The notes below the pieces were generated by a model. It did not search any database. It was not told the DNA's origin and saw only the letters and a list, made by a program, of their open reading frames with translations. A stretch of DNA of 64,000 nucleotides, from NCBI RefSeq assembly GCF_006345805.1, contig NC_043005.1, positions 60,016,001 through 60,080,000 on the forward strand. Direction: 5' to 3'. Each line of letters begins with the position of its first letter. Position 1 is the stretch's first letter. Made by a program: the position numbers and the translations under genes. This DNA comes from Octopus sinensis (Eukaryota). Positions 53,255 through 64,000 of the stretch are shown piece after piece.

Positions 53255-53650
53255 ACACACATATATATATATAAAACACATTTGATTAAATATAAAACCA
53301 CTATTAGGCAAATCAAACAGTGAAAAACATAAACCAAAACATAAATATAAAAATAATTAATATAATATACAAAATATATAAAATATAAAAATTTAAAATT
53401 AAAATTCTTAATTTATATTTATGAATTTTTATATTTTTATAATTTTTTAAAATTAAATATATATAACTATCAAGCATTATTACAACGTTTAATATGAGAT
53501 TAAAAGTAAAACCACTAAGTACGTTTCATGCGCATAACCTAATTCGAATTACAATAATTTAAATTCAATTAATAATTCGAATTATGGTTATAGTGAATCT
53601 TCAGGTTAAAGATAATAGTTAAATAAATAAGCAAATATATTTAAACAATA
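53255..53650 (-). mobile_element. Short element of the 56335-56640 family with long-stem-II hammerhead-like motif (53511-53609)
   Basis: Shares aaaaccactatta(g/t)gcaaatcaaaca and accacta.g..cgtttcatg with 56357-56464; CTGAAGA at 53604-53598 and GAAAC at 53527-53523. Confidence 0.7.
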
Positions 53651-53859
53651 TTTATATATATGCCTCCCCTTTGAGAAACAATGATATAACCGAAATTTGA
53701 GACACCAGCAACAGAAGAAATAAAGATAGACTTCTTTTCTTCATGCCAAGTTTGAAGAAAACATTTCTTTTGCATCTTACATTTTTGGTCTCTTAAATAT
53801 ACTACATTTTGTGGCATTATTTCAAGCCAGTCGGCTTTTTATGCGCAAACTGCATGTAC

Positions 53860-54104
53860 ATATTTGTCGCGTACGCGTAGTATCGATTGCAACAGCTGAT
53901 GTACTTGCACGTACAAATGCACGCTCCCCCGGCTTTATCGATCGCATTCTCACCTAGAATCGATTTTTGTAATTTTTCAAGACTTGTACACGCTCTGATA
54001 CCGTCGGTATCTACATATAAAATTTGAGCGCAATCGGATGGAGGATACCCGAGATCCTAGAAGACACACACACACACAGACAGGACGGATTTTATATAAT
54101 AGAT
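53860..54104 (+). mobile_element. Possible Helentron-associated (HINE/DINE-1-like) element 3' end
   Basis: aaaatttgagcgcaatcggatg..gatcc..(CA)n cagacag..ttttatataatagat resembles the terminal arrangement of HINE-type elements. Left end not located. Confidence 0.4.
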
Positions 54105-54359
54105 ATGCGCCACATGTTGCGCTATTCTACGATCAGATGTAGGAGACTTTACATATCTATTATTACTAAGCTGCACAATGTTTGAAATTAAATGTTCTAA
54201 AGTGATACCACAATCTTGTTTATTCTCCTTTTCTAATAAGTATTTTCTCGCTTTATACAAACCATTTCTAACCAACTATGATAGACAACCTGAACGTCAA
54301 CATTTTCCAGTTGTAGCTCTTATAGGACAAAAACCCCTTACATATATATATATATATAT

Positions 54360-54662
54360 ATATAAGTATTTGAGTAATTGAATGAATTATCTTATTAAGG
54401 ATAATTCGAAAGATAAACGATACCTGGGTAGCAAATTCACATCAGAAAGAACACGGTTGAAGCTACGTCGCTAGGGCATAGACTACGTGTCTTCCTGCGG
54501 AAATTTGTATGTTTATTTTAAAATTATAAGTATATGAAAGAATGGAGTTGAACGACTAGTTAACAAATATCCTTTATTCTCGACATATGTTTCGAAGGCT
54601 GCATATTCCTAATTCCGAAGGAATAAGGAGTACTAGTCGTTCATCTCCATTCTTTCATATAC

Positions 54663-54670
<8 letters not shown>
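54360..54670. mobile_element. Two-armed inverted insertion in (TA)n with a 5'-truncated hammerhead half
   Basis: 38-bp inverted arms 54523-54560 / 54632-54669 (one mismatch). Minus strand has GAAAC-ATAT-GTC at 54593-54582 but no core. Confidence 0.7.
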
Positions 54671-54758
<88 letters not shown>

Positions 54759-54769
54759 GAGAGTTCACG

Positions 54770-54960
54770 TAAAAAACAAAAGACGAAGACAGGTGGTGAA
54801 CAAAACAAACAGACGTATTAGTATAACGCTCAGGAATAGAAAAAAATCTTTTACGCTTCGGCCTACGCTCTTCTACAGAAAGGGACACAGAAAAAAAAAC
54901 AAGAAGAGAAACAAGGAGAGAGAAAAATGTGTGTAGTGGCTACAGATCTATCATGGTGTG
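54770..54960 (-). mobile_element. Short Penelope-like terminal fragment with degenerate hammerhead motif, related in style to 3240-3445
   Basis: Minus strand CTTT CTGTAGA A GAGC gtag GCC GAAGC GT A AAAG followed by ttcctgagcg, which also follows the 3316-3350 motif. Confidence 0.5.
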
Positions 54961-55661
54961 TGTGTTTAAACATAATTAATGGATAAAATCATCAAAATTA
55001 ATTAATAAAACCAGTGGCCAGCATATAACAAATAACCTTTTAGGTAAAATGCATATATATTATATTTAAGGGAACCAAAGCTACCATGTCTATATGCGAG
55101 CAATAGACGTCAAGTACGTCCAGCCACTTAAAATCTTCACTTTACGTATATACAGGTTGAAAGCGGGAAAGCGGACTGATTAAAAATTCAAAAGTAATTC
55201 AGATAGTTTGTGATTGATCAATTTCGAGATCAGTTTAATTATTTTCAAATTTGTAAGCAGTGTACTTTACTACTATCAACGTGTGTATATGTAAAGTGAA
55301 GATTTGTAGTGGCTGGATGTATTTGATGGCTATTTTCAGCATATAAGCATGGCAGCCTAGAACTATGTGGCGAGCACATCTCAAATCAGTACTCCAGGCG
55401 GATGAGAACAAAGGTCCTCCACAGGATCAACATGACATCTTAGTCTCTTATGTCTTGTCAATGATGTGTCTTGTAATGGTAATGCGTTCCGAAGGTACGG
55501 ATTTGCACAAGCACTGTTTAAATTGTTAGTTTTCTCCAATTGTAGTGTTTAACTTCCTTGGCAATCGTTTTCATAGAGCTTTAAAAAGTTCTGACATAAT
55601 ATCTCCAGATATTTCAGTTCTAGGTGGCATACGCTTCCCGAAAGTGCACTTTCACCAACGT

Positions 55662-55740
<79 letters not shown>

Positions 55741-56334
55741 ATGTATGTATTCTTGTGTACAGCGCTTTTCAGCTAAAATTTTTTTACTGCTCAAGATAGT
55801 CCATAGCACTGTTGTATCATTCCTCGCAGATTTAATGATATTTCGCCTTGCAAATCGAAATGATTCTTAAACATTTCAAGCCATATTCTAATGACTGAAA
55901 CAAGTAAAACATAAACAATAAAAGGTTCGTACATTTACATTGGCTAAAATGCTGATAAATAGTCGTTTGCTGAGAGAAATATGCTGTTTATGACTTCTTA
56001 GAATTTATCCGAGTTGCTACAGGAAAGGATTTTTTAACTCATCCTAAATTTAGTGGTCATAATTAAAAAACCTTCCAAAGCAGAAGCACTGCACTCTGAG
56101 GTTACCGCAACGCACAAACTGCGTGAATTGAATTTAAACGCATATAAACACGTGTGCATTAGTAATATACATGCCGAAAAAACAGACACACATGCACACA
56201 TATACAGACGTGCAGGCATGCATGCATACATATATACATAAACACACATGCACACACGCACACACACATGTATATATAAATATATATATATATATATATA
56301 ATATATATATATATAATATATATATATATATTAT

Positions 56335-56635
56335 ATATTATATTAAATTAGAGACAAAACCACTATTATGCAAATCAAACAAAGAAAGACTTAAGCCAAT
56401 ACATAAAATAATTTATATAAATTTAGAAATTTAACAATATAATAACCACTACGATCGTTTCATGTCTTATTTCAGCACATCTTTAAGACATTCTTCAGGT
56501 GGTTTCAAAACCTTTTGGCGAGTTTTAAACTATGGTTTTGTCTCTAATTTAATATAATATGATATTTTACTATAAAATTGGATTCAATCCTAAATCTGAT
56601 TTTTCCCTGTAAATTTGGATTTATTCCCTAATATT

Positions 56636-56640
<5 letters not shown>
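56335..56640. mobile_element. Two-armed inverted insertion in (TA)n carrying an intact hammerhead
   Basis: Perfect 28-bp inverted repeat 56335-56362 / 56533-56560; (TA)n on both sides. Confidence 0.85.
56444..56504 (-). ncRNA. Type I hammerhead ribozyme, fully canonical
   Basis: Minus strand: AACCAC CTGAAGA ATGTCTTA-aagatgtgctgaaa-TAAGACAT GAAA C-GATC-G T A / GTGGTT. Stem I 6/6 bp, stem II 8/8 bp, intact core, 2-bp stem III with palindromic GATC loop, GUA triplet. Predicted cleavage between 56450 and 56449. Confidence 0.9.
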
Positions 56641-56714
<74 letters not shown>

Positions 56715-57270
56715 GTGGATATCCATGCTTCGATAATTATTACATAATACATTTCTATGACATTTTTTTATTATTGTAAACAATTCTCTGAGGCCTAACG
56801 TACGTATCGAACGCGCCAAAACGCACATTCACAGACACATACAAATTCATATACAAAATCTGACGTCGTCGTTGTTGTGGTAAAAAATGTCCTTCACTAT
56901 AGTTGACTATAGAAAGATTACTTTGATAATATGTTATGTTGTTTTAATCCAAATGAAGATAAAGATTACATGTTGACACTGGTGGAGTCTAATACTATTC
57001 CCTTGTAAAATTTGATTTGGTCGAGCCATTTGAGCCATTTAAGAATGAATAGAAAACAGACAAACAGAGAGACAAAGAGATTATCATTGAGCGTCCGTCT
57101 CCAATGCTGTTGTGAAACGTTGGTCAATGTAGTAGCAAGTGGCAAGCCGGAGATATGAAGCATGTTGCAACTTTCCGGCTTACCAGCTCCTGTCAAGCTG
57201 CATTGAGGATGAATGATGACGATGATGATGTGATGATGTTGATGATGACGATGAGGAAGAGGACTGCATA

Positions 57271-57309
<39 letters not shown>

Positions 57310-57779
57310 TATATACACACACATATATAAGTGCATACAGGCTACCACAAACACGCACACAAACAAAATACACACATATAGAAGTTAGATAACTGCATAC
57401 ATTCATGTAAACGCTCATGAAGAGATACATACATGGATACATATTTACATACGTAAAACCAAATATATGTGCAAGAATATATAAGTACATACATATATGC
57501 ATCGATACGTACATTCATATCGGAAAATCAGAAAGCTATTGTTACAAGCCGGTTATTTTCAATTTCCTAATTGCAGCAACACACTGTCTACTGCAATTAT
57601 TCATGAATTGTAATGCAAAATAGTTCACAGCATATTTCATAAAGTTCATGACTTCAAAACTCGACTAAGAAAACGAATTCTTTTTAAAAATTTCTTACTT
57701 TTACAATGCATTACAAATTTATTTCATTCAAAGTCTGAAGAATTGAATACGAAAGTGAGAATATAGACAAGACCCACTT

Positions 57780-57818
<39 letters not shown>

Positions 57819-57913
57819 TATATATATACACATGTATGTACGTGTGTGGAAACTACTTCCTTCAGAGTAATATTCAGATATATATCACAACACTTCTATA
57901 TATATGCATATAT

Positions 57914-58007
<94 letters not shown>

Positions 58008-58192
58008 TATTTCTATACGTATATGAAATACATACATATACACAGTCATAAACACACTTACATGAGCACATATGCAGAGAAAAGCGTTCACATTTATACA
58101 TACATTTATATATACAAATGTATGTATGTATGTGGGAGCTGCCTTCCTTCTGAATGGTACGGATAGATATATATCATAATACTTTGTATAAC

Positions 58193-58232
<40 letters not shown>

Positions 58233-58571
58233 TATGTATAATCATACAAAGTATTCTGATATATATATCTATCAATAAAATACTGAAAATACCCACATAC
58301 ATATATGTGTATATAGAAATCTGAACGCTTTTTCTGTTCATGTGTGCGCATGTAAGTGTGTTTGTGTCCGCGTTTGGGCGTGTATCTATTTCATTCACAC
58401 ACACGCGCGCGCGCGCGCACACACACACACACACATATATATATATAATGAAAGCACTGGCACAGTTTCCATTACCTGTTGTTATCCGTAGATTTATTGC
58501 AGGAACATCGTAGTAGCGGTTGGGGTAATAGTATTAATAAATTAGATGGAAAGTGTAATATATTTTTTATT

Positions 58572-58618
58572 GAGAACGACACATGTTTCGACCCATTCTG
58601 GGTCTCTTCGTGTACATC
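58572..58618 (-). ncRNA. Degenerate type I hammerhead motif
   Basis: GATGTAC ACGAAGA GACCC-agaat-GGGTC GAAAC-ATGT-GTC / GTTCTC. Stem II perfect; core has two substitutions; stem I partial. Confidence 0.45.
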
Positions 58619-59656
58619 AATAATATGTCTCATAAGAGATGTCTTGTGTGGGATTACGTTCCACTATAATTCCATTAAATTCGCGTATGAGTAAAAACAG
58701 AAAAAAAATTAAAATACGAACGTGAAAATTATACATGCCAGTTTAGAAAAAAATGACTTAATGACCCTTCGTTGGTGTAACTGTTAAGAGAAAGAAAAGG
58801 AAGTAGAAGTTGAAAGGAAGATAATACTTACAGGAAAATTCTTTTGTATTCGTGCTTCGTCGGACATATACATACACAGATACATAAATATGTACGCACA
58901 TATACATACGCGCTCACACATGCACATCCATGTATATGGGCATATATAACTAGATACATGCGCATACGCACACGTATGGACGAATACATACATATATATG
59001 TATAGTAACTCATATAGGCAGGTACACACGTATATATATACACATAAATAGCATATTTATATATGCTATTTACGTATATTCATGTATATATATATACGTG
59101 TGTACCTGCCTATATGAGTCATATAAATATGTGCATATATAAATATATGCATATATTCGTACGTAAAGCAAGAAACAAACGCCTGTGTAAAGTTTGACAC
59201 ACACACCCATGTTAATACACTCGTGTCTACACATAAGTAAATATACACACGCATATACATACATATACACATACATATACACATACATATACACACATAT
59301 ACGTATATGTATTCATATGCACACATAAACATACGCCCGCGTACACGTATACACAGATTCACACTAATATATACATACACCTACAAAAAACGCAAATGCG
59401 CACATTATATACACACAAATATATATATATATATGTGTGTGAGTGTGTGTGTACATATAGGCACACACACACGCACATACACACACATATGAAGTTTATG
59501 TACGTATGTCTATATCTATATCTACCTATCTCTCTATCTATCTATCTATCTATCTATCTGTCTGTCTGTATGTCTGTCTATCTATCTATCTCTCTCTGTC
59601 TATATATATATATATATATACATGTTTGCATATATGTGTATATATCTGTGTGTGTA

Positions 59657-59711
<55 letters not shown>

Positions 59712-60849
59712 ATGTACATGTATACATGCACCCAACTGCTAATATCTATAACCCTCTCAATATTATCCTGCAATAATTATTATTCACCAAGTATACAGTT
59801 GCAGTACATTTTTTAACACTAAGATACAACTTCAAATATATTTTATACATTTATATTTCTAAATTCATTGTATGATTTCTTGGGAAATTCTTTCGTACGG
59901 TTTCATTTCAGTTTCTGATCTCTCTCTATAATCTTGTTATATTCTTATTGTTTTAAGAAAATGATGTTTAAAAAATATTTATTGTTGTGCTTTGTTTTGT
60001 CTTTCACTTAAATTCGGCGTCTCAAACGCCTTCCACACTCAAATTTGCAAGCTCCTATGTTGATACATTTAGTTTTTTACTTACCTTCGCTTCTGGTTAG
60101 GTATAATGGAGCTCATTTTACTTATTTTAGTCACATTGTATTTTTGCTCTAATTTCCACATTGATCACAGACACGCACGAACACACCTATATTTATGTAC
60201 TTAATTTATATATATAAATTGAATATAGTAAAAACATTGAAAGGGCATAAAGGAGTAGATACAGTGAAATTGCGCATTGCACACAATTTAAAATAGCGAC
60301 AGCAAAACATTATACTACCATGATGCAAATCATAGATGGAATCTAATCAGCTATATAGAAACCAAGGAGAATTTTGGATGACGAATATAGTTCAGTTTGT
60401 AAATTTTCTGATCAGGATATCAGCATTTTGGAGTGATTTGTCCAGTTAAGACTTGCGTGCAATATGTGTTACTCCATTTACTTGCTCTCCATATGTAGCA
60501 CGCAATTAAAAATTCTTGCAGAATATGTGAAATATTTCAAGCAAAATAATATTTGTGTTGCCGAAAGCTAAAAGCAAGTGGTATTCATATGCAATATTAT
60601 GGAACCAGCAAAAGAAAATACATTTAACAAAAAAAAAAAAAAAACGATAATGGCGTGATACAGAAACGCCAATACGGCAAAATGTTCAGCAAAATGATAA
60701 ACAAATATAGAAAAAAATATTGTTCCTTCTATGGATAAGCTGTTCTACAGAAAAGTAGCTAATGAAGTTGAAATACTACGATATAGCATCGTTGTATTTG
60801 AGAGGAGTAAATACATTCAGTATTCATTATTTTTGGTATCATCAATATC

Positions 60850-61345
60850 AGCTGCAGCAGCAACGGCAACAGCAGGAGGGTAGAAGAAAAAGAAGAAAAA
60901 GAAGAACAAAGGAGGGGGAGGAGGAAGAAGATGAGTAAGCGGAGGAGGAGAAGAAGACAAGGAAAAAGAGGGACAAAAATAAGAAAAAGAAGAGGGAGAG
61001 GAAGAAGAAGAAGAATATAGGAGGAAGATGAGGAAGGGGAGGATAGGTGGAAGAGAAGAAGAGGAGGAAGAAGATAGGAGGAGGAGGATAGGTGGAGGAG
61101 AAGAAGTGGAAGACGATAGGGGAGTAGGAGGAGGAAGATGTGATGAGGAGGAGGTGGAAGAGGAGGGAGAGAAGAAAGCAGAGGAGAGGCGAAGGGGAAG
61201 AAGAAGAAGAAGAAGAAGAAGAAGAAGGAGTAGAAGAAGAAGAAGAAGAAGAAGAAGAAGAAGAAGAAGAAGAAGAAGAAGAAGAAGAAAAGGAAGAAGA
61301 TGATGATGATGATTTTGATGAACCACACAACAACTATAATGAAGA
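60850..61345. repeat. Purine-rich low-complexity tract (GAA/GGA)n
   Basis: Directly visible. Confidence 0.95.
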
Positions 61346-62278
61346 AGAATCTCGTAAAAGTAAGTAAATTTAATATATTTAATTAATTTCCAAATGCACT
61401 GACGACTAAAATCTTTAGATATCATCCAAAGTAATGTTTATTACTAGAAATATATAATACTGACTCGTCCATAATTTATGTAACAGAGCTAAGAGTCGAA
61501 AATGTGTCTACTATTCAAATGAGTCTATCGGAATTAGTGATAAGCGTATCAACAGTAGTTACAAATACAAATTTACAGTCGGTTTAAGTATAGGATATTC
61601 GATTGCTTATGGAGACTATTAAACTAGAAAGTTTCCTTCTGTGGATATGTCCATGATGAGGGTGCCTAATGAACACGGCAGTCCCTTACGACTGTCTCAT
61701 GTATAGTGTAAATTTAATGAATATATAATTTACTAAAGCTGTGATGGTTAAAAGCTTCAAGCGTAGTTCGTAGTAGCCTTTAGTATGAGAAATAAACTGT
61801 TTGTATATCAGTAATTTGCATACCACATAATGGCGCACATACCACATAATGGCGCACATTAAGATTGCACCATATAGTCTAACAACGGCTGGAGCAACAC
61901 AGTTGGAGATAAATAATTACCATGAAGCAAGTAAAGTTTGTATTTAATGTGATAATGGCAATTCTATAAAGCTGTCGTTGCTGCTTTTGCTTATTGGTTT
62001 GAGGATAACTGTGAAGAAGGGAATACACATGATTAAATACTTTGAAAACGAGACATACATCACTTTCCTTTGTGCAAAGTATATGAATGAAATTAATGTG
62101 AGTAACATGAACTTTTCTTTTTAAGAGTATAATGCATGTTTTGAGGGAGATTTGGCTACTGTTTCTGACAGGTCGATTGTCACAGTAAAGGTGTCCTAAT
62201 TAGCTTGCAGTTTGCTTTTAGAAAAATTGGCAGGCCACTTCAAATTTTTAGAAAGTAGTTAATAATTTATTGCTGTCC

Positions 62279-62385
<107 letters not shown>

Positions 62386-62822
62386 ATGTATGTATACGGG
62401 TAGATGTATTCCAACTTTTACAGTCCTGTCTCTTAAAGGTTTTCTAAGACTACAAGCTCTAATGAAGCTCTTTGGTTTCAATTAAATTTGACTGCTATAT
62501 CTAACCAGCATATTGACCCCATTGAAGAGCCGCATTCGTCTCCTCATTATTTAAAAAGTTTAAATAATTATTAGTTGGAATTAATAACCATATGAAGCCA
62601 TACAAATTGATCTTCCATATTTTCAGAATCATAATATTATATCACATGATGCTCATGGAAACACCAGGTGTTAATAATATCTCAGCAAGCAATACATAAT
62701 ATTAATGAAATAGTTGCAGAACATTGGACATTGGAAACAAAGCATCCATTTAAATAGTAATAAACCTCTCAAATAAATACGCTACGTGAATCCACAGTTA
62801 CACTATGGATATTATCGTTTCT

Positions 62823-64000
62823 GGTGAGTTTGTCTAAAGCAATTCGTCTAAAATACAATTGATCTAAATGTAATTTCTCTAAAACAATTTGTCTAAAGCA
62901 ATTTCTCTAAAACGGTATTAATCCTGAAACAATTTGTCTAAAATACAATTTGACTGAAAAATAAAAAATTTGTTTCTTTTTTGATGATTTGTAGGAAGTG
63001 GAAAGGAATAGTTGTTTACTCATAGTATTTAGTATAAATAGTTGTTTGTGATAATATGGAATAAAACTAGTTGTTTACTAGAAAAAAAAAACTAGTTGTT
63101 TTCTAAATCAATTTATTTGGAATTTTTCACAGTGAAAAGACCCATAGCCAAAGATGTCTGCTGAATTTGCTGAATAAGAAAAAACGTCATAAGAAGTTGG
63201 TTGATAATAGACATACATACTATAAGAATGGTGAAAATGGCAAATGTTTTTATTGGAAGTGCGAAAAATATCCCCGAAACAAAATACTGTGCTGGCATAA
63301 TTATTGTAAAGGATGAAATTGTAATGTGTTCTAACGACCATAATCATACATAAGGGGCCGCTGAAATTGTAGCAAAAGAAGCCGTTTCAAAAATACGGCA
63401 ACTGGCTACGTCAACAGAAGATGAACTCCATTCAATTGTATCAAAGTGCTCTCCATGATTGCGACCAAGCTGTTGCCTCCAAACTACCAAAAATGCAAAT
63501 TATTAAGAGAACAATAAGATCTATAAGGCGACAAACCCTTAATGGACCGCCCCTACATTCAACTTGCAGTGAAATAGTTTTCCCATCTGATCTTACTAAA
63601 TCTTTTAAACGTGATCAATTTCTGTTTTACGACTCAGGACCAACTGAAAAGTGTATTGTGATATTTGAGACAAGACGTAATTTGCAGTGTTTATCACTAG
63701 GCAGTGTCTGGTATGCAGACGGCACCTTTAAAACAGTCCCTTTATTATTTCACCAGTTATATATCATACATCGATTAAAAGAGAAAGCTTAGCTACCGCT
63801 CATATTTGTGTTATTGCCGGACAAAACAGAAGAAACATATATAACCTTTTTGCACGGGATAAAGAAACTTGAACCATCATGTGCGCTATTGCCAATGAAC
63901 ATCCATTTTGAGAAAGCGATGATGAAAGCGGCTTTGAAAGAATTTCTTAGTGCAGAACAGAGCTGTTACTGTTTCCACTTCAGCCAATGTATTTTTCGTG
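62823..64000 (+). mobile_element. Mutator-like (MULE) transposon with FLYWCH domain, decayed, running off the window end
   Basis: From ~63189 HKKLVDN..TYYKNG....FYWKCEKY...C...HNH (FLYWCH), then WYADGTFKTVPLLFHQLYIIH, LPLIFVLLPDKTEETY, HFEKAM, CYCFHFSQCI. Stops and frameshifts present. Left end has repeated caatt(t)gtctaaa units at 62823-62957. Confidence 0.92.

Noticed and set aside
57731-57770. CTGAAGA-attgaatac-GAAA
   Set aside because: No pairable stem II or stem III.
60759-61425. Poly-S, poly-E, poly-R and poly-L ORFs on both strands
   Set aside because: They come from a (GAA/GGA)n low-complexity tract that is open in several frames at once; no splice or domain evidence.
61399-61425. 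CTGACGA followed by a 5-bp hairpin (CTAAA/TTTAG)
   Set aside because: No GAAA or cleavage triplet follows.
61819-61859. 19-bp tandem duplication (cataccacataatggcgca x2); similar short doublets at 3207-3230, 16730-16755 and 50884-50914
   Set aside because: Ordinary slippage duplications with no spacers, so not CRISPR-like or otherwise structured.

Overview
AT-rich, microsatellite-saturated eukaryotic DNA. Its SINE families and repeat landscape look like an octopod cephalopod genome (pattern recognition, not a database result). I found no intact host protein-coding gene, and most ORFs on the track are translations of simple repeats. The window holds decayed DNA transposons (three mariners, one Tc1, two DD37D/maT-type, one FLYWCH-Mutator, a possible Helentron-associated element) and non-LTR retrotransposon remnants (Penelope-like RT-thumb plus GIY-YIG, HERO-like, two R4/Dong-like, CR1-like, RTE). 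It also has three tRNA-like SINE families and one intron-containing tRNA-Ile(TAT)-like sequence. The main unexplained structure is a set of type I hammerhead ribozyme motifs from several unrelated short elements, almost all embedded in (TA)n arrays. These include a fully canonical one (56444-56504, minus), a near-intact one (6917-6967, minus), and two in a young ~560-bp tandem array (24983-26353) that resembles a retrozyme or Penelope pseudo-LTR array. Six of the (TA)n-embedded insertions share a two-armed inverted architecture, inferred to have both 3' ends pointing outward. All folds were paired by eye and no activity is demonstrated.
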